This document shows positions 24,201-36,000 of a stretch of 64,000 nt of DNA, piece after piece. This stretch comes from Cyanophora paradoxa CCMP329 (lineage: Eukaryota; Plantae; Glaucophyta). The position numbers were made by a program, and so were the translations under genes. The notes below the pieces were generated by a model that had not been told where the DNA came from, did no database searches, and was given only the letters and a program-made list of their open reading frames with translations. How positions within the stretch are numbered: the stretch's first letter is position 1; each line of letters opens with the position of its first letter. The stretch spans positions 288,164 through 352,163 of the forward strand of contig QPMI01000423.1 of NCBI GenBank assembly GCA_004431415.1. The letters are read 5' to 3'.

Positions 24201-27155
24201 GCAGGCGGCGATCGAAGTCGCGCGGCTCCACTCGACCCTCCGCTTCTCCGCCCTCCAGGTACCCCCCCCGGGGGGGGTACCTGGAGGGCGTGGAGGGGGG
24301 AGGGAGGGAGGAAGAGACGCTGCGAGTTCGGGGGCGCTGCCCGCCCCTTTCGCGATCCACCCGCCCGCCCGCCCGCCCGTTGACTCGCCCGGCCCCGTCG
24401 CTTGCTCGCGCAGCTGCAGGAGCCGTCGCTCTTCCTGTACGCCTCTCTCTGCAACTTCAGCTACTCTTCCGAGAACCCCGTCGGCCCCGAGTGGCTCGCC
24501 GCCTCCGCCGCCGGTGCCCGCGCGGCCCCGCCTTCGCCCGCCCCGCCGCCCCTCCCCTCCCCTCCCTTTTAAGCGAGGAACGCTCGCTAGCTACAGCTCG
24601 TCTGCCCTCACTCACGCGCACGTCGAACCCTCGCGCGCGCGCGCGCGCAGAGGCGTCGAACAGCCTGGCGTACCTGTACCCCCACAGCCGGGACCTGGTC
24701 CTGGGGTACGTGCGCTTCGCGCAGCAGCTCGCCACCGACTACTGCTACGGCGGCCGCTTCTGCCAGGTCCGCCCGCCCCGCCGAGTTCTATATAGTAGAA
24801 AAGAAATGGGCAGCGCCAGTGTTAAGAACAGTGGATCATATGACTTGGCCGCGCCGGCCGCTCGCTCGCCCGCCCCGGCGCTCACCTTGCGCGGCCGCCC
24901 CGCCCCCTCGCAGGTCCTTCGCGACGTATCCCAGTCCCTGGTCCGCCCCCCTTCCCCCCACTCCTCCTGGGCGCAACGCGGCGCGCGCCTCCGGGCTCCC
25001 ACACGCAGTCGCTGACGCCCTCGGCCCGGCCCGGCCCTCCCGCGCCCTCGTAGATGCTGGTCGGGGACTCGGAGCTGGCGGCGCAGACCCTCGACCGCCT
25101 CGCCGACTACGCCGCCCGCGCCGTGCGGCCCCGCCCCGCCCCGTCCATCTATCTAAGAGGCGGCTGAGCTCTTAGAGCGGCCGGCGCCAAGTCTTGGGGC
25201 TGCGGGCTTGGGGGCAACAAGACAGGACAGAGATCCAGAGAGCTCGCTGAGAGCCTCGGGGCGCGCAGGGGATCCAGCACGCCTCGCTTAAAAGGCTTCT
25301 TTATAAGCTTTTGGTTTCTTGTTAGATTCTGTCTATTTGGCTTCTTCTTCTTCGGCCTCTTATGAGGCGCAGGGGATCCAGCGGGACGTGCTCCACGCGA
25401 GCGTGTGGCGCTTCGCGGCGGCCCTGCGCGGGGCGGCCGCCCCCGAGCTCCTCACCGGCCTCGCCGCCCGCATCGAGGCCTCCCTCGACAAGGTCCGCGG
25501 GGGCGCCGGGGCCTCCCTCGGGGTGGTTCGCGGGGGCGGGGCGCTAGCTGGCTGGCGTCTGCGGCGAGGCCGGCCTATGGGCGAGACTAGATCTAGACTA
25601 GAGGCCTCCCTCGACAAGGTCCGCGGGGGCGCTTCGCGGGCTTCGGGGGGGGATCCTATTCTGTCCTGTGTGGGGGCCGCTTGCTAGCTTCGCGCGCCTC
25701 TTCGGTCGCCGGCGAAGCTAGCTCCCCCTCAGGGAGGGGCGCGGCCGGCCACCTTTCGGCCGGCGGCGAGGCGAGGCCCGGTGGCCATCCGAGATCCTAG
25801 AGCCGGCGACCGCGGGACCGGCGTTTAGCAACCTACATCTCTATCTAGCCAGCTATCTACCCGACCATCTATCTAACTCGCCCCCCGCGCCCCGCGCCCC
25901 CGCAGGCCGCGCGAGACCAGGAGCTCTCGGACGACTACCACACGGTGATGGGCCACGTGACCCTCGCCGCCCTCGCCCTCCACCAGGTGCCCATGTACCC
26001 CCCGGCCCCGCCTTATATTATAATCAAATGCTGGCTTGGCCCCGAGGCCGCGTCTTTGGTAAGATAGACCGCAGCCTCTCTCGCCCGGCCGGCCAGCCAG
26101 CCACCCACTCGCCCGCCCGCCCGCCCGCTCGCTCACGCGGGGCCCTCTTCCTTCCCCCCCGCAGGACCGGGCGGAAGCGGCGCTCTGGCGGGCCGAGGAG
26201 TTCCTCGAGTCCGGGATCCGCTTCGCCGGGGTGACCCCCCACGCCCGCGTCGCCCTCCACGCCTTCTTCGCCCAGGCCCGCCCCGCCCCGCGCGCCCCGG
26301 CCCGCCCCGCCCCGCCCCGCCCCGCCCGCCCCGCCCCGGCCCCGCCCTCTCCCTCTTCTAAGCCTAGGCCTTCGTATCTTAAGCTTATCTCGGAGTCCTC
26401 CGCACCTCGTTTTCGTGTCTTGCTGAGGCTCCTCTCGCCCTCCCCCCCCTCCCCCTCCTCAGGCGGTGGCGCGCGTGGTCGGGCTGCGGCTCGCGGCGCC
26501 CGTGACGGGCCGGACGGCGGTGGGGGCGGCGGCCGAGGCGGTGCGGACGGCCGTCGCCGACCCCAACACGCAGGCAGCCGCCACTGAGGTGCGCCGTTGG
26601 CCGGCTGGAGGGCGGAAAGGATGCCGGGGCCGGGATCGCTCGATCAGTCGGATGGGCGGGCAGCCCCGACTATAGTTACGAGAGCGCGTTCCAGACCTCG
26701 AGCCCTAGCGTCCCCACTTGAAGCGCGCAAGCCTGGCGGCCCGCGGGCGGCGCCCCGCGGGCTGCCCTCGAATACTAGCGCCCAGCCGCGGCCCGTCCCA
26801 GGCCTCGGGTCCCGGAATCCATCCCTGCTCCGACGAGCACGAGCGCGAGCGCGCCGCACCCCACCCCGCCCCGCCGCCTCCTCCTCCTCCTCCGCCCCTT
26901 GCCTCGGCTGAGAGCAGACGGCTCTCTCGAAACACTTCAAAACTGTTGTTTAGTTCAAGCATCCCATAATTTGATCTGGCTCTGGCTAATTTGATCGCGC
27001 GCGCAGGCGGACCTGATGGTGGAGGCCTGCGCGGTCCTCTTCGCCGCCTGGCTCGCCTCGGCGGCCCCCGCCGCCCGGGGCCACCCCGCCGCCCCGCTCC
27101 TCCCCCACCTCGTCGCCAACCAGTGCGCTCCTCTTTCTTTCTTTCTCTCTTTCCT

Positions 27156-27187
<32 letters not shown>

Positions 27188-28487
27188 TTTTTCTTTCTTC
27201 TGAGGCTTTCTTCTGAGGCGTTCGTTTCGTGTACCCTGCAGCGCGGCCGGGGGGGCGAGCCGGGGGCACTCCTTCTCGCGCTCCGCCTTCCCCGGGCAGG
27301 GGTACGGGCCGCCCTCCCCCGCGGCCGCCTCCGCCTCGGGCGGGAGCGGCGCCGGCGCCGGCGCCGGCGAGAGCCCGCCGGCGACGGCGGGGCCCTCGTC
27401 CACGTCGGAGCGCCTGTTGGGCCGCCGCATGAGCCTCCACACCAGCCGCGCGCCGAGCCGCGGCTTCGGCCTCCCGGCTTCGATGCGGCACACGCCGCCC
27501 CACGGCGGCGGCGGCGGGGGCACCCCGCCGGGCATCTTTGAGCGCCGCGCGTCGTTCCGGTACCCGCTGGACCGCCGCGCGAGCACCGAACGCGACCACC
27601 CCCCCGGCCCCGGTGCGCCTCTGCCGTCCCAGAGCGCAGCGCAGCGCAGCGCAGAGCAGAGCCGGGTCCCTCCTAAATTCTTGCGGGGCTCATTTCCTCG
27701 TCCGCAGGGTCGGACCCCGGATCGCCCTCCGTGCTCAACCGCGGGGCCGCCACGCCCCGCACGGCGGGGCCCGGGGCGGCGGAGGGGTACGCCGAGCTCG
27801 TCCGCCTCCTCGAGTCGGCGTCGCGCCTCCTCCACCGCCTCCGCGCCTTCGAAGCGGTGCGGAAAAAAATAGAAAACGGAGTACCCCCTAAAAATGCGGT
27901 ACCCCCGACCCGGGCCCGATCCGATCGCGCGCAGGCGCGCGGGGCCGCGGAGGTCGTCGAGGGGCTCGTCCTGTCCGTCCACGGTGACGTCAAGCGGGTC
28001 CGCTCCACGCCCGCGCCTACCCCCCTCGAATATCCCCCCCCCCCCTTCCTCTTAGCCGCGTCAGGCGCGGTCCAAGTTCCTGGCGGCGGCGGCGCACGGG
28101 GGGTACGCGGCGGGGCAGGAGGGTACGCCGCGGCGGCCGCGGGACTGCGGGTACGGGCTGCTCCTCGCGGCGGCCCACTCGCTGGGCGGCGGCGGGGAGC
28201 GCCTAGCGCCCTACGTGGACGAGCGGGCCGGGGCGGGAGCGGCGACGTCGCTTGGCCCGGGGGACGAGGAGGGGACGCGGGAGGCCTCCCCCGTCGCCCC
28301 GCCCGGGGCCTCCTCTTCCTCCCGCCCCCCCTCCGCCCCCTCCGCCTCCGCCGCCTCCGCCTCCGCCCCCGCCGCCCCCGCCGCCTCGCCCGCGGCCCTG
28401 CTGGCGGCGGCCGAGCGCTGCTTCGCGGCCAACGGCGATGCCTTTCACGCGCGCGCCGCCCGCGCCCTCCGCGCCCGCCTCCGGTAG
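15267..28487 (+). CDS. Soluble adenylyl cyclase (ADCY10/sAC; Dictyostelium sGC)-like protein: two class III cyclase domains, STAND/AAA_16 NTPase and TPR-like region; roughly 45-50 exons
   Basis: C1: VALFDLTGFSDL...DIE|GLSSTIN...FGGDILSFMGDGVLAIW. C2: YLSE|FRSVSVLF...YSHEGSLRQVLVD|DKGMVFI|GIFGL.P.SH.DD..R...SIGCTTG|LAFCTFVGSPSRCEFSVF|GNVINKA|ARLM. NTPase: LV|GRDAEL, Walker A GDSGSGKS, Walker B LLLVFEDVHNAD, GGVP, SRVDKLSP..K|VASVLG. Stop TAG at 28485-28487. Confidence 0.88.
27133..27200 (+). repeat. (TTTC)n microsatellite in an intron
   Basis: Run of tttc units between 27133 and 27200. Confidence 0.9.
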
Positions 28488-29394
28488 GATGGATGGATGG
28501 ATTTGGAGGCAGGGGCCGCCGGGCCGGCCCTCGAGGTCAGAGATAGGAGGGAGGCTATGGTGATAGCTATACTGCGAGAGCTGTGCTCTGTCTCTCTCCA
28601 CGCGCCGCGCGCGTCCGCGCCCGCCCGCCTTCTCGCTGCCCCGCGCCCATGACCCCTCCCCGGCCCGGCCCGTCCCGTCCGACCAGACGCTTTTCTTCTT
28701 TTTCGGACCGTCGGATCTGATCTGGGCGTGCTCTTCGTCTGTCCCTCATGGGCCCAGCCGGCTCGGGTCCCGAGGGGTCCTTTTTTCTCGCTGCGTGCAT
28801 TCTAGTTCTCCCCTGTTTTGATTTGCCCCCTTTCGATTTCGTCGCGTGCTTTCTCACATTATCAAGACAGTATGCGTATCGGTTCGAATCCTGGACTAGC
28901 GATAGGCTGATTAGTGGCATTTGTAGGCTAGCTTTAGGTTCGATTTCGAGGAAGTCACTTAAGTGCCAGCGATATCGATTCACTTCAATCGTTCTAGCTG
29001 CATTGTGGACGCATCAATTTTTCTCAGAAACGGTACCTATCTTCCGATCTTCCACGAAAGAGGAATCGTATATACTTAATTTTGTATTTTGTACCAGCAT
29101 TTACTCACACCGTTCTAGTAACCTATCTCTTAGTAACCTATCTCTAGATCTACTACCGAAGAGCTCGAGGAATCATGATTGATCATGCACACCTTGATAT
29201 TGTATTTTGTACCAGCATTGTCTAGATCTTTAGTACAGTGACAAGCGTATTTGTATACGTACATGTTCAAGACAAAGCTCAATTGCAACATCTCTAGATC
29301 TGTTGCATACCTTTCACGCTTCCAGTACACATTAGCGGCAGCCGTCGGACTCGAGCTCGAGCTCGGTGAGCTGAGAGCCTGGTGTTGGCGCGCC

Positions 29395-29446
29395 GCAGAA
29401 ATGAGTCCTTCTGCTACAACGCAGAAATGAGTCCTTCTGCTACAAC
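29395..29446 (+). repeat. Perfect 26-bp tandem duplication
   Basis: gcagaaatgagtccttctgctacaac occurs twice in tandem. Confidence 0.9.
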
Positions 29447-30043
29447 GGCATCAACTACAGGTGCCCCCGCCGCTGCTCCCCCCCGTGCACGTGGGCATCC
29501 CCGGCGGGCACTGCCGACCCGCGATCGAGTTAAGTTCGTCCAGGACCGCGATATCGGACGCTTAATTATAAATTCGAGGCCGCGCGAAGCGCACTGGCAG
29601 GTGAACGGTACCCCGTGGGCACGCGGCCCGGAGGATATATTATATACCACTCTGCAATTTGCAAGATACACAATTAATATTCACAATCTGCACAACCAAG
29701 ATTAATACCAGCCTACGCAGGAACGACCGTCGAATTTAGCGGAGTAGCGAGCGCTTCATGATTAAGATCTAGACAAGAAAGGTGGCATCCTCATGACATG
29801 CACCGTGGAACATGCCGTCTGCAGCTGCGAGAAATCCTACCTAAATCCTAACGTTAACTACAAAATCACTGAGAGTCAACAGTCCAACGTCAAGCTGCTA
29901 AGAAAGCGAGCGAAGCAATGCATATACATATACATATATGCATGTGGAAGCAGGCTATCACGTAAGGCGAATCCAGAAATATGCCGAAATGTTCATAAAA
30001 CGCCAATCAACTATGAAAGGGCCGAGCACGAACGGATCGGGGC

Positions 30044-33000
30044 CTACGTGCTCGCGGACTCACGCTCGCGATCGGGCTCGTTGGCGCTGCCCTCGCGATC
30101 GCCGTCGATGGTCCCCGGGAGCGGGGAGCGAGCGTCGGGGTCGATATCGGGCAGCGCCGACACGGGGCGGGGCGAGAGGGCCTCCTGGACGGGTACTACC
30201 GGTGCGGTCCAGGGCCCGGCGTTGAGGAGGAAGCGGCCGGTGACAGACTGGGCGATGGCGGCCGTCGCGTCCCGGTCGCCTTCGTCCCCGTCCGGCGACT
30301 GTGATCGGGAACGGACCTGCAGCAGCTCCGTCCGCGACCGCACAGCCGCCGGCGCCGGCGCCGGCGCCGGCGCTGCCCTCGGAGTGTGCGCCAGCGGCTC
30401 CAGCCGATGCGTGCGGCGCGCCCGAATAGAGTCCTGAAACTCCCCTTCCCTCCCCTCCCACGTGAACGGGGCTACCTTCACGGATACCGACCCGCGGCCC
30501 CCGCCGTCGACGCCACCATCGACCCCTGAGGGGGAGGGGGGCGGGGGCGGGAACACCAGGGACTCGCCCATCGCCCAGAGCGGAGCGATGGGCGCGAAAT
30601 CGTACGCGACTTCTACGCCCTCCGGCGGTCGGAGCGACTGCGCGGTGCCAGGCGGGCTGAAATCCGAGCTGGCGGGGTTCGGCCGTCGCGCCCCCGGGCG
30701 CTCTTCCTCCCCCTCCCCTCCATTCGCGCCGCTTGAGCTGCCCTCACCGAGCCCCCCGCCGCTGTCGCCGTCCTGCGCGCTCCTCGCGTTCACCGAGTCG
30801 AAGAAGCCCGATCGAATCTCGGGGCTGGCGAAGGTGCGCGGCGAGTCCGGTTCGGCCTCTCCCTCAGGCGACGGCGCCGCGTTCAGGTTCACGACCAACG
30901 CGGGCAGCCTGCCCTTCTTGTTCGCCCTGTCCTCCTGCAGCCTCGCCTCTGCCTTGCGGTAGAGCTCGACGGCGGCCCCGCGGTCGTCCGCGGCGAGGCG
31001 GTGGAGGTCGGCCGTGCCGTTGCGGAAGAGGCGCCGGATCTTCATGCTCATGTTCTGCCCGTCGTTCTTCCCGCTGAGGAGCTCGTCCAGGCGCTCCACC
31101 AGCCCGTACCGCCGCCTCAGCGCGCTGCCATTTCGAAGCCGCATTCGATTCGAATTCGCAACGCGCGCGGCGCGCGGAGCTGTGACGAGGGGGGGGGGGA
31201 GGGGGGGGGGGGGGGGGCGCGGGCGCGGGCGACGCACTCGTAGCGGACGGTGAGCCTGTCCCGCCAGCGGGCGACGGCCGGGTGCCGATCGGCGAGCCTG
31301 GCGAGGATCTTGACCGCCCACTCGCGGAAGTACACGACGATAAAGAAGGCGATGAACAGCATCTGCCAAGCGAGTTTAGGCCCCGATGACAGCGCAGCGC
31401 GGTTAGAATGCGCCGAATTCGAACTCACGTTCACGACAACGAGGGAATACTGAAGCGATTGGCGGCAATGTCAATGTGAGACAGCGAGCGACGCGGACCG
31501 CACACGAAGGAAGAAACGCGGCGCACGGTTATGACGCTCTCGTCGATCTGGTTGAGGGAGTCGGGGGTGTAGAAGAAGAGACCGGCGTAGATCGTGACGG
31601 TCGCGACGAGGAGCCCGCAGAAATCGACGAGCTCGAGCAGCGCACTGTCCCATGGCTTGAGCTTCAGCTTCACCACCAGCGCTGCGCGTGCGTGCGCGGC
31701 GATCAGTTTTCGGATATCGGAGTGCGAGAATGAAGAGAGGCGAGGAGGGGACGGACTGGCAAGGAGGATGCCGAGGCCGACCAGGCCCTGTACCTGGGGC
31801 CGCCCGTCCAGGACCGACACGACGACGGCGACGAAGAGCTTGCGCACGATCACCACGCACTCCCAGTACCAACAGCTGGGGCCGTGCACGCGGAATCAGC
31901 AAATCAGAAGCCGAACGTGTGTTTACATGCAGAGTGGAACGAATCGAACCGCTGCTTGTAGCCGCGGTAGAGGAACGAGAACTTGCGCTTGAAAGCGGTC
32001 TCCTCGAGGCGGTGGCGGTTCCGGTACAGGACGAGGAAGGCGGCGACGGGTATGCCGAATCCGTAGACGACGATGGCGGGGGCCCCGAGGCCCCACTGCC
32101 AGAGCCGGAACTCGAGCGTGTTGCAGTCGACCTTCATGTCCTGCTGCAGGTAGGAGCGTCCGCCGCCGAGATCGCGGCACGAGAAGAGCTTGAACATCTT
32201 CTGCGTGATCTGCGGGTGCACGAGGTACAGGCTGACGACGACGGAAACGTAGTAGTTGTCGCGGGCGTGGGAGCGCGTCCTCGCCGAGTCGGAATCCGAG
32301 GGCGTCACGCGCCTGCGCCAGCTCCGGAAGCGGTGCCAGGCCGGCTGGGCGACGAGGATGACGCAAGGGATGAGGACGCAGAGGAGGGGGATCGAGATCC
32401 ATCCGATGACGCGCGCGTAGAACGGCCGAATGACCCTCGATGACACGTTGAGGTCAAACATGCAGTCGATCGACATGAGTGCGTCCCTGGGTATATATTG
32501 TAATTAATTAGGAGCGAAAAGGGAACGGGGAACGGGCGGCGTACAAGGGGTTGGCGATGCTGGTCTGGAGGTACAGCAAGTCTGTGAAGACGGCAGGCCA
32601 CCGGATCTGGAATGCTGCCAAGAGCACGCGCGCGTTGATCGTAAATGTGGAACGGTGCAAGCAGGAGGGACGAACCTTTCGCCATGGAGATAAGCTGTAA
32701 ATAATCGAAGAAGATCTGCGGCGGAAGGCAGGGGGCAGGCGGGGGTGAGGCGGATGCTTGAGCCCCCATTTTGGGACTCGGCAGGCGCGGGGCACAGTAT
32801 CACCTTCAAGAGAATTCCCCCTCGCTCGTCCTATAGGGCCGTGAATGGGCATTTGGGTAAACAGAGCGAATTGCAGCAAAGCACTACGGACCTTCACTTG
32901 CTTGCCAAAGGACTGCGCACACCGAAAACATTAAATCGGGCAAATCTAGAGGGACATCGATCAAAGCAGAGGGGCTTTTTACCTTGATGTGTTTCCTGCG

Positions 33001-36000
33001 GGGAGGCAGTGCGCGAAACGCGAGAAGTGTCACAAGGGGCGGGGCGGGGCGGGGCGGGTTGTCGTGGGATATCAGAGACAAGTTAAATGCATTAGAATGA
33101 CCTTATAAGGAAGGCCGCGATGACGATCAAGAAGGTGATGACGGCGGCGGCGAGGAGGCGCGAGTAGACGGGCGCCAGGCACTGCTGGCACTCGAAGTCG
33201 GAGCGCCGCCCCCACCCGTCGTCTGCGCCCAACGATCGCGATCGCGAGCGGCGTTCGACTTCGCTCTCGTCCGAATTCGAAGAGAAGCGACGGCAGTCGC
33301 GACCGCGGGCCGGGCGCTCACCGCAGACGGTGCACAGGTTGCCGTTGTAGCCTTCCGTGCAGGGCTCGGCGAGGCCGAAGAACTGGGCGTTGGTCAGGTT
33401 GGCCGAGACGAGGTCGGCGGCTCCCGTCTTGTTTAGGACTCCGTTGGCTGCCGACACGCCAGCGGTGAGCGCGCAGATTGAAAATAGACAGGCACCGGCG
33501 CCGGCGCACCGTAGTCGGTGAGGCAGGCCTGGTTGACGCACTGGAGGAAGTGGTGCGGGTCGTACGGCGACTGCCAGAAGCCCTTAAGCGGCCGCACGTC
33601 GCTCCCGCCAAAGACACAGCTGGCGCCCGTCGGGCACGCGCGGCACTCCTTGCCCCTGAAAGTGGAGTCCTCGAGCGAGTACGTGCCCGGCGGGCACAGC
33701 TTGCAGTACGAGCACGTCTGCGCAAGCCATAAATTAGCGACCGAGAGCCAACTCTGCGGTTGATTGTGATGTTGCACGGGCGGGCGCACGGGGCAGTACG
33801 CTCTGTTTTCTTCGAGGACCTCGCCCCGCATGCATTGCCGCAGGACGAGGGCCGAAGTGGCAGTCAGGACCGCGCCGTCGGGGAAAGTCGCCGTGAAGAC
33901 GATCGTCACCGTCGCGCCAGGCTGCGCGACCACCTGCCCACATCGCGCCGCGTTTAGAAGCGACCTTCGGACTTTTGCACACGAAACAGCCGACAGCCAC
34001 CTGAAGGTCTTTGAACTCGGCGGCACCTTCGAACATCACCATTTGAGGCGTCCCCGCTGCCCAAACGGCTGAAGTTAGCGTCCCCGACGCTGGCAATGAC
34101 GCGCCGACCGACCGTCTACGCACCGACGCTGGCGTCACCGAGTGCGGTGACAACGACGACGGCGCCCGTTGCTGTCTTGACGATTTGGTTGAAGCTATCT
34201 CTCACCTGTAGAGGGTTCGATTCAGATTGAGATTACACAACGGCAGATTTTGCGCCTGCAGCTGCCCCACATGCACACCTCAACCTTGTAGTAGAGGGGC
34301 ATGCGCGACGCCGGGGTCGTCTCGTTGTGCGGTGGTGTGACGTTACGCGGCCCGAAGAGGACGATGGTGGCGGGAACGGCTGCGACACCGCCGCCGAAGC
34401 GACCCGTGTTGCCGTCGAGACGCGTGAAAAACTCGGAGGTGCCCGATGCGAGGGAGGCAAAGGGAGCGCAGGCGGTTGGATCCTTTGCATCCACGAAAAA
34501 GGCGCCTGAAGGGAATGAATGGTCATGGGAGCGTTTAGCGAGAGCGCAACATGCTAACGAGCAGGCTCGAGCGATCAGGGCGTTGGCACCTCCGCCGCCG
34601 GTCGCATAGTTGTCCTGAACAGATACGCCTTTGATGCTGATAGAGCTGCAGTTCGTGGGCCGGATGTAGGCCCCCCCACCGTCCGTTGCATGGTTCTTGC
34701 TGCAAAAGCGCACGTCGAACAATCAGCCATAAGTAGAGAACAAAGTATCGGGTTACGTTCTCACGAGATTAGAGCTCCCTTGAGGTCAATCGTGCCCGAC
34801 TCGTAGAACAGGCCACCGCCGCGTCCGCCTGCCGTGTTCTCCGCCAGTTGAACACCTCGCAGCAGCCGCACCACGCCGCCGCTTTGCAACAGACCCGCTC
34901 CGTTGCCCGTCGCGACGTTCGCGCCAATGAGCACAACAGTGACCGGCACGGCGGTCGCGTTGCCTGCCTGAAGCAGCGCCCGACGATTGCTGCCGATATC
35001 GATGTCCTCGACGCCCGCTGTGAGTCGCGCCGTGTTGAGGACTGCCACGCCGGCGCCAGCGTCCGCCCTGTTCGCGGTGACAAGCGTGCCGCCGAGCAGC
35101 GTGCACGACGAGTTTGATGCGACGCAGATGCCGCCGCCCGTGCCATCCGGCCGCGCCTCCTTGCCCTGGCTCGCGGCAAGATTCACCGTGATGGCCGTTC
35201 CATTAATGAGGGTCGAGGAGTCGTCGTCGCACAGGATGCCACCCCCGCGGGGTGCCTGGTTGGCTGAGATGGAACCGCCGCGAATTGTAATGCGGGCACG
35301 GGTCCCGGCCAGGATCGCCCCCCCCGCCATCTCCGCGGCGTTCCGCGAAAGCGACACCCCGTCCAGGACCAGGCTCGCATCCTAGCGGAAGCGTGTCGGA
35401 ACGGCGAATTCGAATTTCAAAGGAACGGCGAATTCGAAGTTCAAACACAGAAGGCACCTGGTCGACGTAGACGGCGCCGCCGCGGTCGGCGGCGCCCGAT
35501 TCGACGGAGCTTGCGGCGAGGGTGCACACCGACGACTTCATGCACCACGCGGCACCGCCCTGCAACGTTGACAGCGGCCGCACCGTCAGTCGGGCCACGG
35601 GTGAGATGGGCAGGCAAGCGCAAGTGCACACGTTGGCCTTGGCGACGTTGCGGCGCAGTGCGCAGCGGATGAGGGTCGGCGTGGAGCGGAGGACGGCGGC
35701 CAGGGCGCCCCCATTCTCCGCCGCCGTGTTGGCTGTCATGGACGTGTCCGTGAAGCGCGCCCACCCGACGTTGTCCGACATGTAAACCGCCCCGCTACCA
35801 CGGCGCGCCCCGTTCAGCAAATTGGAAAAACGTTATCGGGACTCGAACCCACCCCGCGGCGAGGGCGTGGTTGGACTCGAACGACGAGTCGCTGACGAGG
35901 AGCTCGCCGTTCTCCTTCGAAACGGCGCCGCCGTTATTCTTCGCCTCGTTCAGCGTGAAGGGCGTCGCCCAGAACTCCAGGCGGACGGTGGCGGTGGAGG

